Shown: positions 31,215 to 41,631, counted from the first letter of the stretch. The stretch: DNA of 64,000 nt from Nitrosopumilus sp. (GCA_965238275.1 OZ250186.1:1152001-1216000), one strand, 5' to 3'. A program made the numbers and translations. Notes: generated from the letters alone by a model not told the origin.

Positions 31215-32712
31215 ATCTCTTTTTGGAATTTCCTGATCTCCTCGTCAGGCGCCCTTCTTGCATGTTTTCCTACGGGAACCTTCTGGGAATAGCCCCACCC
31301 GCGCAGTATCTGGCGCACATATCCGAGTTCGTACCTTACTCCGGTCTTCTGTTGGATGTATTGCTGCATCTCCATGCCCGTCCAGACAGGTTTCCTGCAT
31401 GCGGCCTTTCTGATCTTCTTCATGTCTGCCTTGCTCGCCTTGGTCGGCCTGCCGGAACGCGGCATGTTTCCCAGCCTGTCAAATCCGACTTCCAGGTAGC
31501 GCTCGTGCCACTTGTAGCCCCACGAGGCTGACTTTCCCAGGGATTTTGCAGAATCCCTCATGGTTATCCCGTCACGTTTGACTCTGATGATCAGCATCAT
31601 GCGGTCCTTGGTATCGCAGTCTGTCTCAGCGGCGTATCTTTTCAACATCGTCTTGATCTTCATTGACTATGCTACGTGAAATAAGCATAATTTCACATGG
31701 AGTTAAAATATTTTACAATCACATCAATTTTTCATCTTTGGTATACCAGGCCGGAGGACCGCACGTACGAGCTGCATGTCCAGGTACATATGGCCAAGCC
31801 AATATGCAGTGCCAGCGACATTATCGGTATAGACGTCGGCGCCGTCAACATGATGGCCGTGCACAACCTGAACAATGACGAGTCTGTCCTGCTGACTCTC
31901 CCGGAGAACGCCACGCGGTACAAGGGAGACTCCATTGACAGGAAAAAGTCCGCGCAGTCAAAACGCAAGAAAGGAAGCAACTCGTGGAAAAAGGAGCAGG
32001 AGCGCATCCGGAAAAAGAACGCCAAGACAACCAACAGGAGGAAGGATTTCATGAGAAAGTCAGTCAAGGAGAACCTCGCAGGCGCCGGAATAATAGCAGT
32101 CGAGAACCTCCACCCGAAGCAGATGGCACGGAAAGGCAGGGGAAAGACGGGTTTGAACCGGACCATAATGCACGCCGCGCTTGGGGAGACATTATCATAC
32201 ATAGAGTGGTTCGCAAAAAAACACGACAAGGAATTCCACAAGGTAAAGCCGCATTACACCAGCACGACGTGCGGCACCTGCGGGCATTCGGACAGGAATT
32301 CCAGGCGCTCGCAATCAATATTTATCTGCGTAAGATGCGGACATGAAGACCACGCGGACATGAACGCGGCGGTCAACGTGTCCGCGCGTGGCGCAAAGGC
32401 GGCCGGGAAGGTCGTCGTTAGGAGGAAGGAGCACACGGTGCCCCGCGCATGTATGCGGGAAATCACCGTGCACGAGAGAGCCAATCAAAGTGCTTCACTG
32501 CCTTCAGAAAAAGACAAGAATGGGTGCGAGTCGCTTCCGGCGACCTGTGTCTACTATTGTATATAATTCCCTATGTTTACATTCATGCATGCCATCCATG
32601 ATGATCAACATTGCCGCGCGGTGGTCAGCGGTTCTTGAATGCCGTGACCGCGTCTGATATGCCTGTGCAGAAACCGCACACTCATGGGGTGAAAAACGAA
32701 GATTGCAAGTGG

Positions 32713-32925
32713 TTATTTGCCGCAGTTTGCTGTGCATTGGTTCCAACTGTCGGCCGGCTCGCCGCAACTGCACCGGCCAAATTTCTCGTACATGCATGAC
32801 TTGCACCACCAAAAGTCACCGAACTGATCCCCAGTACCGCAAGTCACGCATTTTTTGGTTTCATGGGAGCAGTCAGTGCAAAGCTTGTCGCCTACCGTTT
32901 CTGTCCCGCATCTATTGCATTCCAT
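32713..32925 (-). CDS. Small Cys-rich zinc-finger protein
   Basis: Five CxxC pairs plus a CxC; CCTTTTACG at -26. Confidence 0.65.
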   Translation of the reverse strand: MECNRCGTETVGDKLCTDCSHETKKCVTCGTGDQFGDFWWCKSCMYEKFGRCSCGEPADSWNQCTANCGK

Positions 32926-33079
32926 GCATTAACGAACAGGCTGGCGTAAAAGGACTTGACTGCAAAAACGGAACGGCCAGTGATGCGGCCCCAAACATGA
33001 CAAAAGGCAAACCATTATGGTTCATATAGTTATTACAAATATACATAATAGTTATATGCAGTAATACCGTATAATATTT

Positions 33080-33418
33080 ATGAATCAGGTTTTAAAAAAA
33101 TCAAAAGGAGGGCAGCAATTTTTCCACGTTCTTGGCACTGATGAGCAAACCACCTGGGTCCAGACACTGGAGGCAAAAACGCCCGAAGGTGCCGCAAGGG
33201 CAAATTTGTCAACCTACATTCTAGGCGAGGATTGTGGTCCGGCCAAAATTCACATCCAGGTCTATGACGCGGTGGTATCAGACAGGCACTATGAGGGCAA
33301 CACGTCATCTGACGAATACGATTTTGCCCGCGTGCTCAAGGACCGCGGCCAGATGCCGGCAGGCGAGTTTGACTGCCGCGTGGGGTCTGACGGCATAAAG
33401 GTGGAGGCATCTGACTGA
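33080..33418 (+). CDS. Hypothetical protein, first gene of a coupled small-gene operon
   Basis: TGATG overlap with the next gene; resembles 40933-41277. Confidence 0.6.
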   Translation: MNQVLKKSKGGQQFFHVLGTDEQTTWVQTLEAKTPEGAARANLSTYILGEDCGPAKIHIQVYDAVVSDRHYEGNTSSDEYDFARVLKDRGQMPAGEFDCRVGSDGIKVEASD

Positions 33419-33576
33419 TGGCCGATCACAATTGGCAAGAAGGGACTTATCTCAGCCGGTGCAAGGCGTGTAAGTTAATTCACACGCACGAAGGCGGTGA
33501 CACGTCAATGGATGAAGAATTTGTGTTTGTTGACCAAAACGACGACTTACAGATAGTTCATGAAAGTTGGTACAAT

Positions 33577-35258
33577 AGATCTCATGCAGAATGTGCCTGA
33601 CTTAAAAAACTGAATTAAATTGGGTTATTCCCACGTGCAGCACCACATACGGCCGAATATCCACGGAACCGTAAAACATGCCAATCCAGGAACGGCAACC
33701 GAAACATTAAGATCGGTGGTCTTTACGCCACACCGTGATGGCAATGCTGGCAGAACCGATCGTGCAGAGAATACGGCAGGAAAACGAGTCGCTCAGGGAA
33801 TCAGGAGAACTCCACAGGCAGAGGATCAGGGCCCTCAGGGAGGCACGCAGGACAGACCGACAGAAGGGCGAGGCCCTCAAGGAACGCCTGACTGACCACT
33901 GGACCATCACGTCTAGGTTTCTTGACGACATCATAAAATATCCTGAATTCCTGCACGCCATGACGCTGCGCACCCCGGAAAGGTTTGACCACACGCTGAA
34001 CCGCCTCAAGGAGCTTTTGGAGCGGAACGGGGAGACTGCGCTCTTTTGGGAAGTTGGGAGCAGATCAAAAAACTCCGGAAGCAGGCGCATCCTGCCCCTG
34101 AGGCACGCGTACCTGCTGTGGCTGTTTCGGACAAGGCTGAGCATACCGCAGGAAGCCCTTGCCGCGATGTTTGGCGTCGACCAGGCCACCGTCTCCAGGT
34201 ATCTCCCGTTGATGACCAGGCTGCTAGGCGAGACAGGCACGGCGCCGCGCAAAATCAGTGAGGCTGTACAAAAGGCCAAGACACTCGAGGAGAGCAAGAA
34301 GATAATACCCGGCAGGGGGGGAGGAGAACTGATGGTGGACGGCACGCACAACCGGGTCAGAAGGTCCGCGGACAAGGAGAGACGCAAAAAGACGTACTCT
34401 GGCAAGAAGAAGGCGCACACGTACAATACCAACATCGTGATCAACAAGCGCCGCGTGATAGTGGCGATAAGCAAGACCGTTCCGGGCAGCGTCCACGACA
34501 AGACCCTGCTCAACGAGGATCCGCCAAACCTTGGAATCATTACGGCAAGGATGGGCCAGAAGGACGTGCCCGAAAAAGAAAAGCCTGACGTCCTGATGGA
34601 CAAGGGCTACCAAGGGACAAGAGAGGAATATCCCGGATGGCACATCAGGCACCCGCACAAGAAAAAGCGTGGAGCCGACAAAAAGACCGGCGGCCTGACA
34701 AAGAAGCAGCGCGCCTACAACAAGAGGGTAAACAGCTCCCGTGTGGCCATAGAGCACGTTATCGGAAGCCTGAAACAGTACAAGAGGCTGACTGACCCGT
34801 ACGACGGCACCGAGGAGGAGTACAACGACGAGCTCAACGCGATTGCGGGAATGGTAAACCAGGATCTGATGTGGGACGAAATAAAACTCAGGGACGCGGA
34901 CCTTCTCAAAAGGCTGGCCGAAAAAAGGGCGCGCCTCTGAGACAGGGCGGCACGAGCCGCCTGACGGAGTGAAAGGCAGGTGGCATCAGGCAGTGCAGGA
35001 ATGTCGCGCACGGCATCCAATATTTGTGCAAATTCCCCCACCATTCCCCATGAAACAACCTGCCGCCCCGGGGACGGATGCCGCACATCCACAGGACGTG
35101 CCTTATTTTCCAATACTGGAAACTGGATTTTTCACATGGACGTGCAAGACAAATTTGTAAAATATACGGCAGACGAGATTTTCAAATATGGCCACGGCTA
35201 GCGCAGTTCTGACATGATTTTATGATTTGCCACGTCAGGCACATTCTGCATAGGATCT
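33577..35258 (+). mobile_element. IS5-family (ISL2-like) element, copy 2 (inverted, near-identical to 23333-25014)
   Basis: Same TIRs; 3-bp TSD AAT. Confidence 0.92.
33735..34940 (+). CDS. DDE_Tnp_4 transposase
   Basis: Differs from 23651-24856 at ~2 residues. Confidence 0.92.
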   Translation: MMAMLAEPIVQRIRQENESLRESGELHRQRIRALREARRTDRQKGEALKERLTDHWTITSRFLDDIIKYPEFLHAMTLRTPERFDHTLNRLKELLERNGETALFWEVGSRSKNSGSRRILPLRHAYLLWLFRTRLSIPQEALAAMFGVDQATVSRYLPLMTRLLGETGTAPRKISEAVQKAKTLEESKKIIPGRGGGELMVDGTHNRVRRSADKERRKKTYSGKKKAHTYNTNIVINKRRVIVAISKTVPGSVHDKTLLNEDPPNLGIITARMGQKDVPEKEKPDVLMDKGYQGTREEYPGWHIRHPHKKKRGADKKTGGLTKKQRAYNKRVNSSRVAIEHVIGSLKQYKRLTDPYDGTEEEYNDELNAIAGMVNQDLMWDEIKLRDADLLKRLAEKRARL

Positions 35259-35460
35259 AATAGGGGGCATTTGGGAATCAGGTGTCCTGGTGGTTGGATC
35301 AATCTAATGACGCTCACTAAAAAAATGGAGGAATCCAACTAATGGACGACCATGTTGAAGAACGCCTCCTTTGGCTCACGGGGATCGCCGCTCTTGGGTC
35401 TGACGGCCGTTCTAATAATGGAGATTGCAGCCGGATGGCCGAATGTTGCTGGAATGGGAA

Positions 35461-35712
35461 ATGAAGACGATAGCACAAACCATGAAGGAAGTACTGGAAG
35501 CCGACAACGTATCGTTTGCCGCGTGGGGTTCCATTGACAACCTAGACAGGTGCGCCGTATTGCTCGGGGAAAAATACATCAGGCTACACCCGCTAGAGCG
35601 GCACCGAAGAATCCTGAACGCGTTGGAGAAATCACCGCTGTTCGTCAAGCGATACGTCCGGATGCACCGGCTGGTCAGGTGCTTCTGGCTCAAGGGAACG
35701 GAGCCAAAATGA
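35461..35712 (+). CDS. Hypothetical protein (paralogue of next gene)
   Basis: TIAQTMKEVLE...RILNALEKSPLF; ATGA overlaps. Confidence 0.65.
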   Translation: MKTIAQTMKEVLEADNVSFAAWGSIDNLDRCAVLLGEKYIRLHPLERHRRILNALEKSPLFVKRYVRMHRLVRCFWLKGTEPK

Positions 35713-35999
35713 AACTCACAATAGCCCAGGCCATGAAAGAGGTACTGGAGGAAACTGACAACCCCGCCGTGATGTGGGGCGATGTAGGGTTATTCTTTCT
35801 ATGTTCAAAGAAATTGGGCCACACCACCATGTGGCGGCCGAACCCCGGAACTGTGTACAGCCGGATCCTTGACGCCTTGCAGAAATCGCCGCTGTTCAAT
35901 ACGTATTATGTTGGGGCTCACTCCAACGGCAGACCGCGCGACGTCAGGATTTGTTACCTAAAGGACAAGGATCCCGAAACCAAGGACGGCGGATCATGA
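35709..35999 (+). CDS. Hypothetical protein (paralogue of previous gene)
   Basis: TIAQAMKEVLE...RILDALQKSPLF. Confidence 0.65.
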   Translation: MKLTIAQAMKEVLEETDNPAVMWGDVGLFFLCSKKLGHTTMWRPNPGTVYSRILDALQKSPLFNTYYVGAHSNGRPRDVRICYLKDKDPETKDGGS

Positions 36000-36562
36000 T
36001 GAATGGCGGCGCGACGGCAAACCGCATGGCATATCTTAGAAACCGCGCGTCAAAAACGGTCAGGCGCGGCATGTGCGTGGGCTGCCGTCTGCATATCAAG
36101 GACGGCGTGCCAGTAGTATCGTGCGGCCGACGGAAGTTTCTCTGTGCCGACTGCTCAAATGCCAAGCGACCAGCGACGTGCCGCTGCTGCCGTCGCAAAG
36201 TCGCTGACATGTTTTTCTACCGCGTCAAATATTCCGACAAGCCTGGCCTGATCTGCGCCGACTGTCGGGGAAAATCAAACCTGGATGGTGTGCCTTCCGT
36301 TTGCCGTGGGTGCCTCTCTGAAATACCGGCAGGCGACGCGCTGGTCTATTGTGGAATACTGCGCTACGCATGCGTCGATTGCGCCAACGCCACCCGACCA
36401 GTCTATTGCAAAGGCTGCCACCGGACACTTACCGGCGAATACGTTTACCTCCACAGATATGCCGGCGACATGCGCAACACGGTTTGTGAATGGTGTTCGG
36501 CTGACATCAAGGCAGGCGTTCGTAGCTCGCAGTTCGCCGTGCCACAGGAGGCGGTTGCCTGA
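35996..36562 (+). CDS. Cys-rich protein with four LIM-like CxxC...CxxC units
   Basis: Internal duplication CADCSNAKRPATC / CVDCANATRPVYC. Confidence 0.65.
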   Translation: MMNGGATANRMAYLRNRASKTVRRGMCVGCRLHIKDGVPVVSCGRRKFLCADCSNAKRPATCRCCRRKVADMFFYRVKYSDKPGLICADCRGKSNLDGVPSVCRGCLSEIPAGDALVYCGILRYACVDCANATRPVYCKGCHRTLTGEYVYLHRYAGDMRNTVCEWCSADIKAGVRSSQFAVPQEAVA

Positions 36563-36759
36563 TGGCCTGCATCCTTGTACACCCGCTGCACGGCCGCCAA
36601 TGCGAAGCATGGCAGGTCATATTAGACGAGGTGTATTGTTCCCCGTGCAAGACGGCATACGTCCGGGCCGCACTGACGCGCTCCAAATACTGCCCCTGCT
36701 GCGGCCAGCGTGTCCGCATTTACAAACGATCCGAAAATCCAAAGGAGAGTGAATCATGA
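36562..36759 (+). CDS. Small zinc-ribbon protein
   Basis: YCSPC...CPCCGQRVR; translationally coupled. Confidence 0.6.
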   Translation: MACILVHPLHGRQCEAWQVILDEVYCSPCKTAYVRAALTRSKYCPCCGQRVRIYKRSENPKESES

Positions 36760-37151
36760 CTACCTGTTCATTTTGCGGTGCCGGCCATCCAGACAACGCG
36801 GACGTATCACCACCGTGCGTCAAGCCAGAGCATTACTGGCAACGCGACGATGCAAGCAACGCCAATACTGCCAAGACCACGCATGTTTGTGCCAACTGCG
36901 GACTGCAACGCAAGTGTTTGGTCTGGTACGCCAGCGACAACGCGTCATGTTCAGACGACATGTCGCGCAGCGTGCTGGACTTTCACAGGAAACAAAAAAT
37001 CAAGTACGAATTTGAAACCAGAAAAGTCACAGGCAACCCGACACTCAAAATCACCGACAAGTTGATCCGCACGTTTCTAATGCTCGGCCATTCCAGGGAC
37101 GTGACACGCGACAGTGAAAACTGCATGAAACGGTCCACTTACGTTCCATGA
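36756..37151 (+). CDS. Hypothetical Cys/His protein
   Basis: CSFCG, HYW..CANCG; ATGA overlap. Confidence 0.55.
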   Translation: MTTCSFCGAGHPDNADVSPPCVKPEHYWQRDDASNANTAKTTHVCANCGLQRKCLVWYASDNASCSDDMSRSVLDFHRKQKIKYEFETRKVTGNPTLKITDKLIRTFLMLGHSRDVTRDSENCMKRSTYVP

Positions 37152-37156
37152 CAGTG

Positions 37157-37846
37157 TCAGCGCGAGGCGTCCAAATACGGGTCTACTTCGTCCACGATCA
37201 ATGCGTGCTCTGAATTCACTTGGCGCTTTGCGACTCTTGTTGCTTTGCAAGGCACAACAGATTTGCTGTATTTGCGGAACGTGGGTTTGGCCCTTGAAAA
37301 ATACTCTTCGTCAAGCGAAATCCGTTCCCCTGGTTCCAGATCATACCACGTTTTGCACATGTTGTTCGGGTTGGAAAAATAACGGTGCATCTCCTCGTCT
37401 GTGACATACGCCACGTAGCAGGTGACGTTGCTGCACGTTTTTTTGAACTTGGCTTGCTTGAAGAAATCATAAAAGAGTTCGCCTGCATTCATGGTCAAGG
37501 GGGAATGTTCGGTGTTCTCTGGCTTTCTGTGAAATTTGAACTCGATGGCGCAATCCGGGTCGCCTTTTCCACGCAGTATGACGGTGTCGATTTGGGTCCT
37601 TGGGACAACATCAGCCAAGTGCTTAGATACGTACTTGAAAATGAGAGTGTTGGTTTTGGTCTTTGGGATAACCCGCGGCTGGTATTCCAAAACCACTTCG
37701 TTTGGTTTGCATATCTTTCTTGAACAGACCAATATATGAAAAAAACAATAGCGTACAGAGTCTTCCGTGGTGGGAACATCCTTGGAGAACCGATCGTTGA
37801 GAATGTCGCACAAGTCATCCCACACCCCGGGGTCAAGCTCGGCCAT
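37157..37846 (-). CDS. Putative PD-(D/E)xK-like nuclease
   Basis: TEDSVRY ... IDTVI ... AIEFKFHR pattern. Confidence 0.5.
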   Translation of the reverse strand: MAELDPGVWDDLCDILNDRFSKDVPTTEDSVRYCFFHILVCSRKICKPNEVVLEYQPRVIPKTKTNTLIFKYVSKHLADVVPRTQIDTVILRGKGDPDCAIEFKFHRKPENTEHSPLTMNAGELFYDFFKQAKFKKTCSNVTCYVAYVTDEEMHRYFSNPNNMCKTWYDLEPGERISLDEEYFSRAKPTFRKYSKSVVPCKATRVAKRQVNSEHALIVDEVDPYLDASR

Positions 37847-38090
37847 GCTGGACTGAAAACCGCGTTCTATTTTAGGATGCCGTGGGCTCTTGCGTGGCCT
37901 GATGATTGGCCGGGCAATGCAGTGCCCGGCGGGACGACAATGGGAGTGCCGTCCATGCCATGCACCGACGTTTTTGTTAAAAGCCGATCATGCGGTACAT
38001 GACTTATGCCGCAAAGTCTCACTATGGCGCGCCATCTTTCTGCCGCAAGTCATGCAGCGTTTTTCTTTTAACGCGCAATCGGCACAATAG

Positions 38091-40392
38091 GTAAGAGGTC
38101 GCCTTTGCGAAGCGATTCCGTGCCTGATCTGCCCCGATTAATTACCAACTGAGCTACGTTTTCGGCTGTAAATGCCCATTTAATTGGCATTATTCTGGGT
38201 TTTTTCCGGGCGGGGAGGAGGGTCCGGCCGAGCTATGTTTTGGCCGATCCGGTGATCGGGTTTGCGAAGTGGCCTTTTTTGGCGCGGCCGGGGCGCTGAG
38301 TTGTGCCGGGATCGGGTGACAGCCGGTACGGCAGCCTGACATGCGCCAGACTGCCGGCGCGACGGGTCTGCGTGGGGCAGTCAGGATGGCGGGTTTTGCA
38401 GGATTTATGCGACTGTTGCTGCTGCTGCCGGAATTTTTTCGACGAGGCCGTGCATATAGTCGACCAAAAAGTCGTGCGGGTTGACTCCGCGCCTCCTGCA
38501 CGTCTCGCGGACGGTGGCCAGGACGGCGTGGTTGTATGCGCCGGCAAGGCTCTTGCTGCCGCCTGAGACCTTCCGGGATGCGACGCTGGGCCGCAGGGGA
38601 CGCTCGGCATCGTTGTTATGGCACTTTGTGTTGAGGCGGATGAATGGGAACAGGTGGGTGATCTCGCGCCGCAGCCGCTTGACAAACCTCTTGCAGTGGG
38701 CGTCTGTGTAGCTGCCCGAGATCAGGCGCCTCACCCGGGCCTGGAGGTTGCGCACCTTGAGGTTTCGCGCGGCCTTGTCGTCGTCCGGGTCAAGCCCCTT
38801 GTCCGGGTACCATGAATCGATGATTATCCCCTTCAGGGCCTTGGCAAACTTTTTGAATTCGGGTCCGGGGGATTTCATGGTCAGGGTGCGGAGGATCTCG
38901 CGGAGGTAGTGGTAGTGGCACTTTTGGTGGGTCTTGCCGATGCGGTTCCACGGGGCGTGGGAGTCGGAGGTGACGTGGCCGCCGTACCCTCCAAGCAGCG
39001 ACACCAGGACGTCGCCTCCCCGGCTCTTGTCCACGTGAAAGACAGTCGAGTCGTCACCTACCAGCACCCACAGCCAGTACAGTATCCCGGCTATCTTCCA
39101 GCTCGTCTCGTCGCCAAAGACATGCTCTGAGAAGAATATCTCCCCGAGCATCTCCTCGTAGAGGGGGTGGAGGGATCCCGTAACGGCGTCCACGTGGCTG
39201 ATGACTGTCGACTTGGCAAGGCCTGCGTGGTGGATTATGTTGATCAGACTGCAGATGATGCCGTAGGGGATGCCGTGCATCCTCATGGTAGTCTCCAGGC
39301 ACGTCAGGCTGGCACCGAACCGCCCCCCTGGGACGACCCCGGGGATCTCGGGGGCAAACTGCCTGCCGCATTCCCTGCAGTACCTGCGGACGACTGTATA
39401 TTGGATGGCAGTCAGTTTCCCGTCGATGATCTCCTCGACTACCCGGAAGGTCACCTCGGTGGGCCCCGTCGAGAGGGCGTGGCCGTGCGGGCAGGAGTGC
39501 AGGTCGACTAACCTCTTTTCAGATATCGGGGGAGGGTTCCGGCCGGTGCGCAGGCAGACGACCTTCCTGAACGGGTCCGGCGCAGGCCCGGGCGACTCCC
39601 GGAGCCGCCTCTTGGAGCGGCGGCTTTTGATGTCCAGGTTCTCTGCTGCCAGCGCCGAGTTGGCCGCGCGCGCCTCCCTTAGCTGCGAGGCATGCTCGGC
39701 TGCCTGCCGTTCCAGGCGGGCTATCCTGTCCATGACTGCCTGCGAGACGTCGCATCCCTGCAGGAGGGCGGCGTTTTCTGCCCTCAGCTTCTCTACCTCT
39801 GCACTCAAATTCTCCACATCTGTTCCCAGATTCTCTATCTCGGAGTCCTTTTGTTCTATCTCGGAGTCCTTTTGTTCTATCTCGGAGTCCTTTTGTTCTA
39901 TCTCGGAGTCCTTTTGTTCTATCTCGGAGTCCTTTTGCACGTTCTCTTCTTCCAACAGTTTGATCCTGGTATCCATCTCCGTCAGCATCGCGCGTTCCCC
40001 TGAGAAGGCCTCTGCCTCCTCCCTCAACTGCTCGATGTTTTTCCTCAGCGCCACGCTCTCCTCGTCCCGGGATTTGAGCATGGCAAGGACGGATTCGAAG
40101 ATGGACTTTGTGTCGGTTACGGAGTTCCAGTCAATCTTTTCCAAGTCGATTACAGGCACCATGCCACAACACTGGAAGGCATGATCCATAAAGCTTTTGG
40201 ACACGCAGCGTCTGCCGGGAAATGCGGCGCAAAAGATCCGGCAGGTGAGCCTTGATTTGAAAACTGTCCTGCCTGCGGACCGTACTGATAACGTGCAATT
40301 AAATCGGGTATTTATGGTCGAAAACGTAGCTCAGTTGGTAATTAATCGGGGCAAATCAGGCACGGAATCGCTTCGCAAAGGCGACCTCTTAC
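38091..40392 (-). mobile_element. IS66-family element, family A copy 3
   Basis: Long TIRs; 8-bp TSD CACAATAG (38083-38090 / 40393-40400). Confidence 0.95.
38405..40204 (-). CDS. IS66-family transposase (5 heptad repeats)
   Basis: Protein identical to 50401-52200. Confidence 0.92.
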   Translation of the reverse strand: MSKSFMDHAFQCCGMVPVIDLEKIDWNSVTDTKSIFESVLAMLKSRDEESVALRKNIEQLREEAEAFSGERAMLTEMDTRIKLLEEENVQKDSEIEQKDSEIEQKDSEIEQKDSEIEQKDSEIENLGTDVENLSAEVEKLRAENAALLQGCDVSQAVMDRIARLERQAAEHASQLREARAANSALAAENLDIKSRRSKRRLRESPGPAPDPFRKVVCLRTGRNPPPISEKRLVDLHSCPHGHALSTGPTEVTFRVVEEIIDGKLTAIQYTVVRRYCRECGRQFAPEIPGVVPGGRFGASLTCLETTMRMHGIPYGIICSLINIIHHAGLAKSTVISHVDAVTGSLHPLYEEMLGEIFFSEHVFGDETSWKIAGILYWLWVLVGDDSTVFHVDKSRGGDVLVSLLGGYGGHVTSDSHAPWNRIGKTHQKCHYHYLREILRTLTMKSPGPEFKKFAKALKGIIIDSWYPDKGLDPDDDKAARNLKVRNLQARVRRLISGSYTDAHCKRFVKRLRREITHLFPFIRLNTKCHNNDAERPLRPSVASRKVSGGSKSLAGAYNHAVLATVRETCRRRGVNPHDFLVDYMHGLVEKIPAAAATVA

Positions 40393-40473
40393 CACAATAG
40401 GCGGTTTTATGGTAGACGACCACTTTCTTACAACCATTACAGGTAAACATGCCATCATACATGCCCTCATGGA

Positions 40474-40782
40474 ATGGATTTATGTATAAAGACCACAGTT
40501 GAGATGACACAAATACAGACACCATGTCTTGACATCGCCAGGGAGTGCGGCCGCAGCCAGGTTACGGTAAGGGCGCACTTGCGCAAGCACGGCATGATTC
40601 CATGGAGCAGCAGAAAGCCCGCGCCGTCCTTTGACGAGCTTTGGGAGGCGTGTGTCGTGGACGGTTTGACGCACAGCGAGGCTGCCAAAAAACTGGGGTG
40701 CTGTTATTCTACGGTGCTCAGGCATGTGCGCCAGCACGGAATCAAGCCGAAACGTGAGGGAAAGGCGGCGCGGCCCGCGTGA
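40474..40782 (+). CDS. Tandem HTH DNA-binding protein
   Basis: DIARECGRSQVTVRAHLRKHGM and EAAKKLGCCYSTVLRHVRQHGI. Confidence 0.75.
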   Translation: MDLCIKTTVEMTQIQTPCLDIARECGRSQVTVRAHLRKHGMIPWSSRKPAPSFDELWEACVVDGLTHSEAAKKLGCCYSTVLRHVRQHGIKPKREGKAARPA

Positions 40783-40932
40783 AGCCGCGCTAGGATCCGC
40801 ACGGACCGCCGACATCAATCCCAACAAAAACAACACGCTAAAATTTACCAAGTCCCGGCCGTCGAACAAAGGACATCCATATCCGCCCTGTTGCGGGAGA
40901 TGCCGGCCCGATCCGGCAACAACCCAAAAACG

Positions 40933-41277
40933 TTAACCGTTAAACGTTAACGGTTTACCGTCCTTTTTCCCGCGGTCCTTTTGGGAGATCGGCTCAAAAG
41001 GCGCCCACCTCACGGAATCCCCGTCAAACACGGCCACGAATTCGACGTAGTGGCGTGCGTCATTGATCTCGGCGGACACGGCATATGGAGGGGTATCCGG
41101 ATTGGCTCTTGCGGCATCGTCATAAACATCGTAGTGCTGCATGGCGTACTCGGCCTTAGGCTTGAATTTGCATAGTGCGGCCTCGACTGCCTTTGCAGGC
41201 GATTCGGCGATAATTATTTCCGGTGGCGACGACTCGCCCTGGCAATCACGGCAGATCACGCAGAATTCTTTGCCCAT
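40933..41277 (-). CDS. Hypothetical protein
   Basis: 114-aa ORF; IIAESPAKAVEA..VYD resembles 33080-33418. Confidence 0.55.
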   Translation of the reverse strand: MGKEFCVICRDCQGESSPPEIIIAESPAKAVEAALCKFKPKAEYAMQHYDVYDDAARANPDTPPYAVSAEINDARHYVEFVAVFDGDSVRWAPFEPISQKDRGKKDGKPLTFNG

Positions 41278-41316
41278 GGCGACGACTCGCGGTTTCCCTA
41301 TTAGTGTTTGTTGATC

Positions 41317-41631
41317 ATGTCGGCACTGTTGAATTTAGGTGATCCGATCACTGAAATTTACCAGGTTCAACTTACACAGAAGAGCGGCCTGCGGTCATGC
41401 AACGCCTGCGGCCGCATAGCCAAGACAAAGCACCGCGTATTCACAACCCTCATGCTCAGAGACACGGTCATTGTGCGCCTCTGCAAGCAGTGCTATGGGT
41501 CAAAACAGATAGTCTTGAGGTATGGGAGGGGGAATGCAATTACAAAAGACATGGTCATGCCAGAAGACCTGTCGCCGGGAGACCGGGAACTGGTGGAGCG
41601 GCGCATCAGGGAAATGGGTAAAATCGCTTAA
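41317..41631 (+). CDS. Hypothetical zinc-finger protein (start uncertain)
   Basis: CNACG...LCKQC. Confidence 0.55.
   Translation: MSALLNLGDPITEIYQVQLTQKSGLRSCNACGRIAKTKHRVFTTLMLRDTVIVRLCKQCYGSKQIVLRYGRGNAITKDMVMPEDLSPGDRELVERRIREMGKIA
41322..41368. repeat. 47-bp palindromic site
   Basis: ggcactgttgaatttaggtgatc c gatcactgaaatttaccaggttc; highly similar to the reverse complement of 50060-50106. Confidence 0.78.

Larger units (their letters stand above)
29591..31663 (-). pseudogene. IS630 transposase split by IS481
   Basis: N-terminal HTH (PRSGRP) at 31230-31663; DDE domain (IQDES, MDKASQH, PDLSAIETYW) at 29591-30140; joins in frame. Confidence 0.9.
29399..31743 (-). mobile_element. IS630-family element (carries a nested IS481)
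   Basis: TIR TACCA(GCA/AAG)ATGAAAAATT; TA duplication (29397-29398 / 31744-31745). Confidence 0.9.
28876..32566 (+). pseudogene. tnpB: TnpB (IS200/IS605/IS607-associated RNA-guided nuclease family) interrupted by IS630
   Basis: RuvC I GIDVG, RuvC II AVENL, zinc finger CGTCG..CVRCG, RuvC III ADMNAAVNV. Excision restores ITKHTRPEDRTYEL in frame. Confidence 0.88.
33418..35342 (+). pseudogene. Small hypothetical protein (H..CKAC..H) interrupted by ISL2-like copy 2
   Basis: Excision restores ...HESWYNRGHLGIRCPGGW...EESN*. Confidence 0.6.

Noticed and set aside
23333-35258. Composite transposon bounded by inverted ISL2-like copies
   Set aside because: Separate TSDs (ATG, AAT), and each interrupted gene continues on the other side of its own IS.
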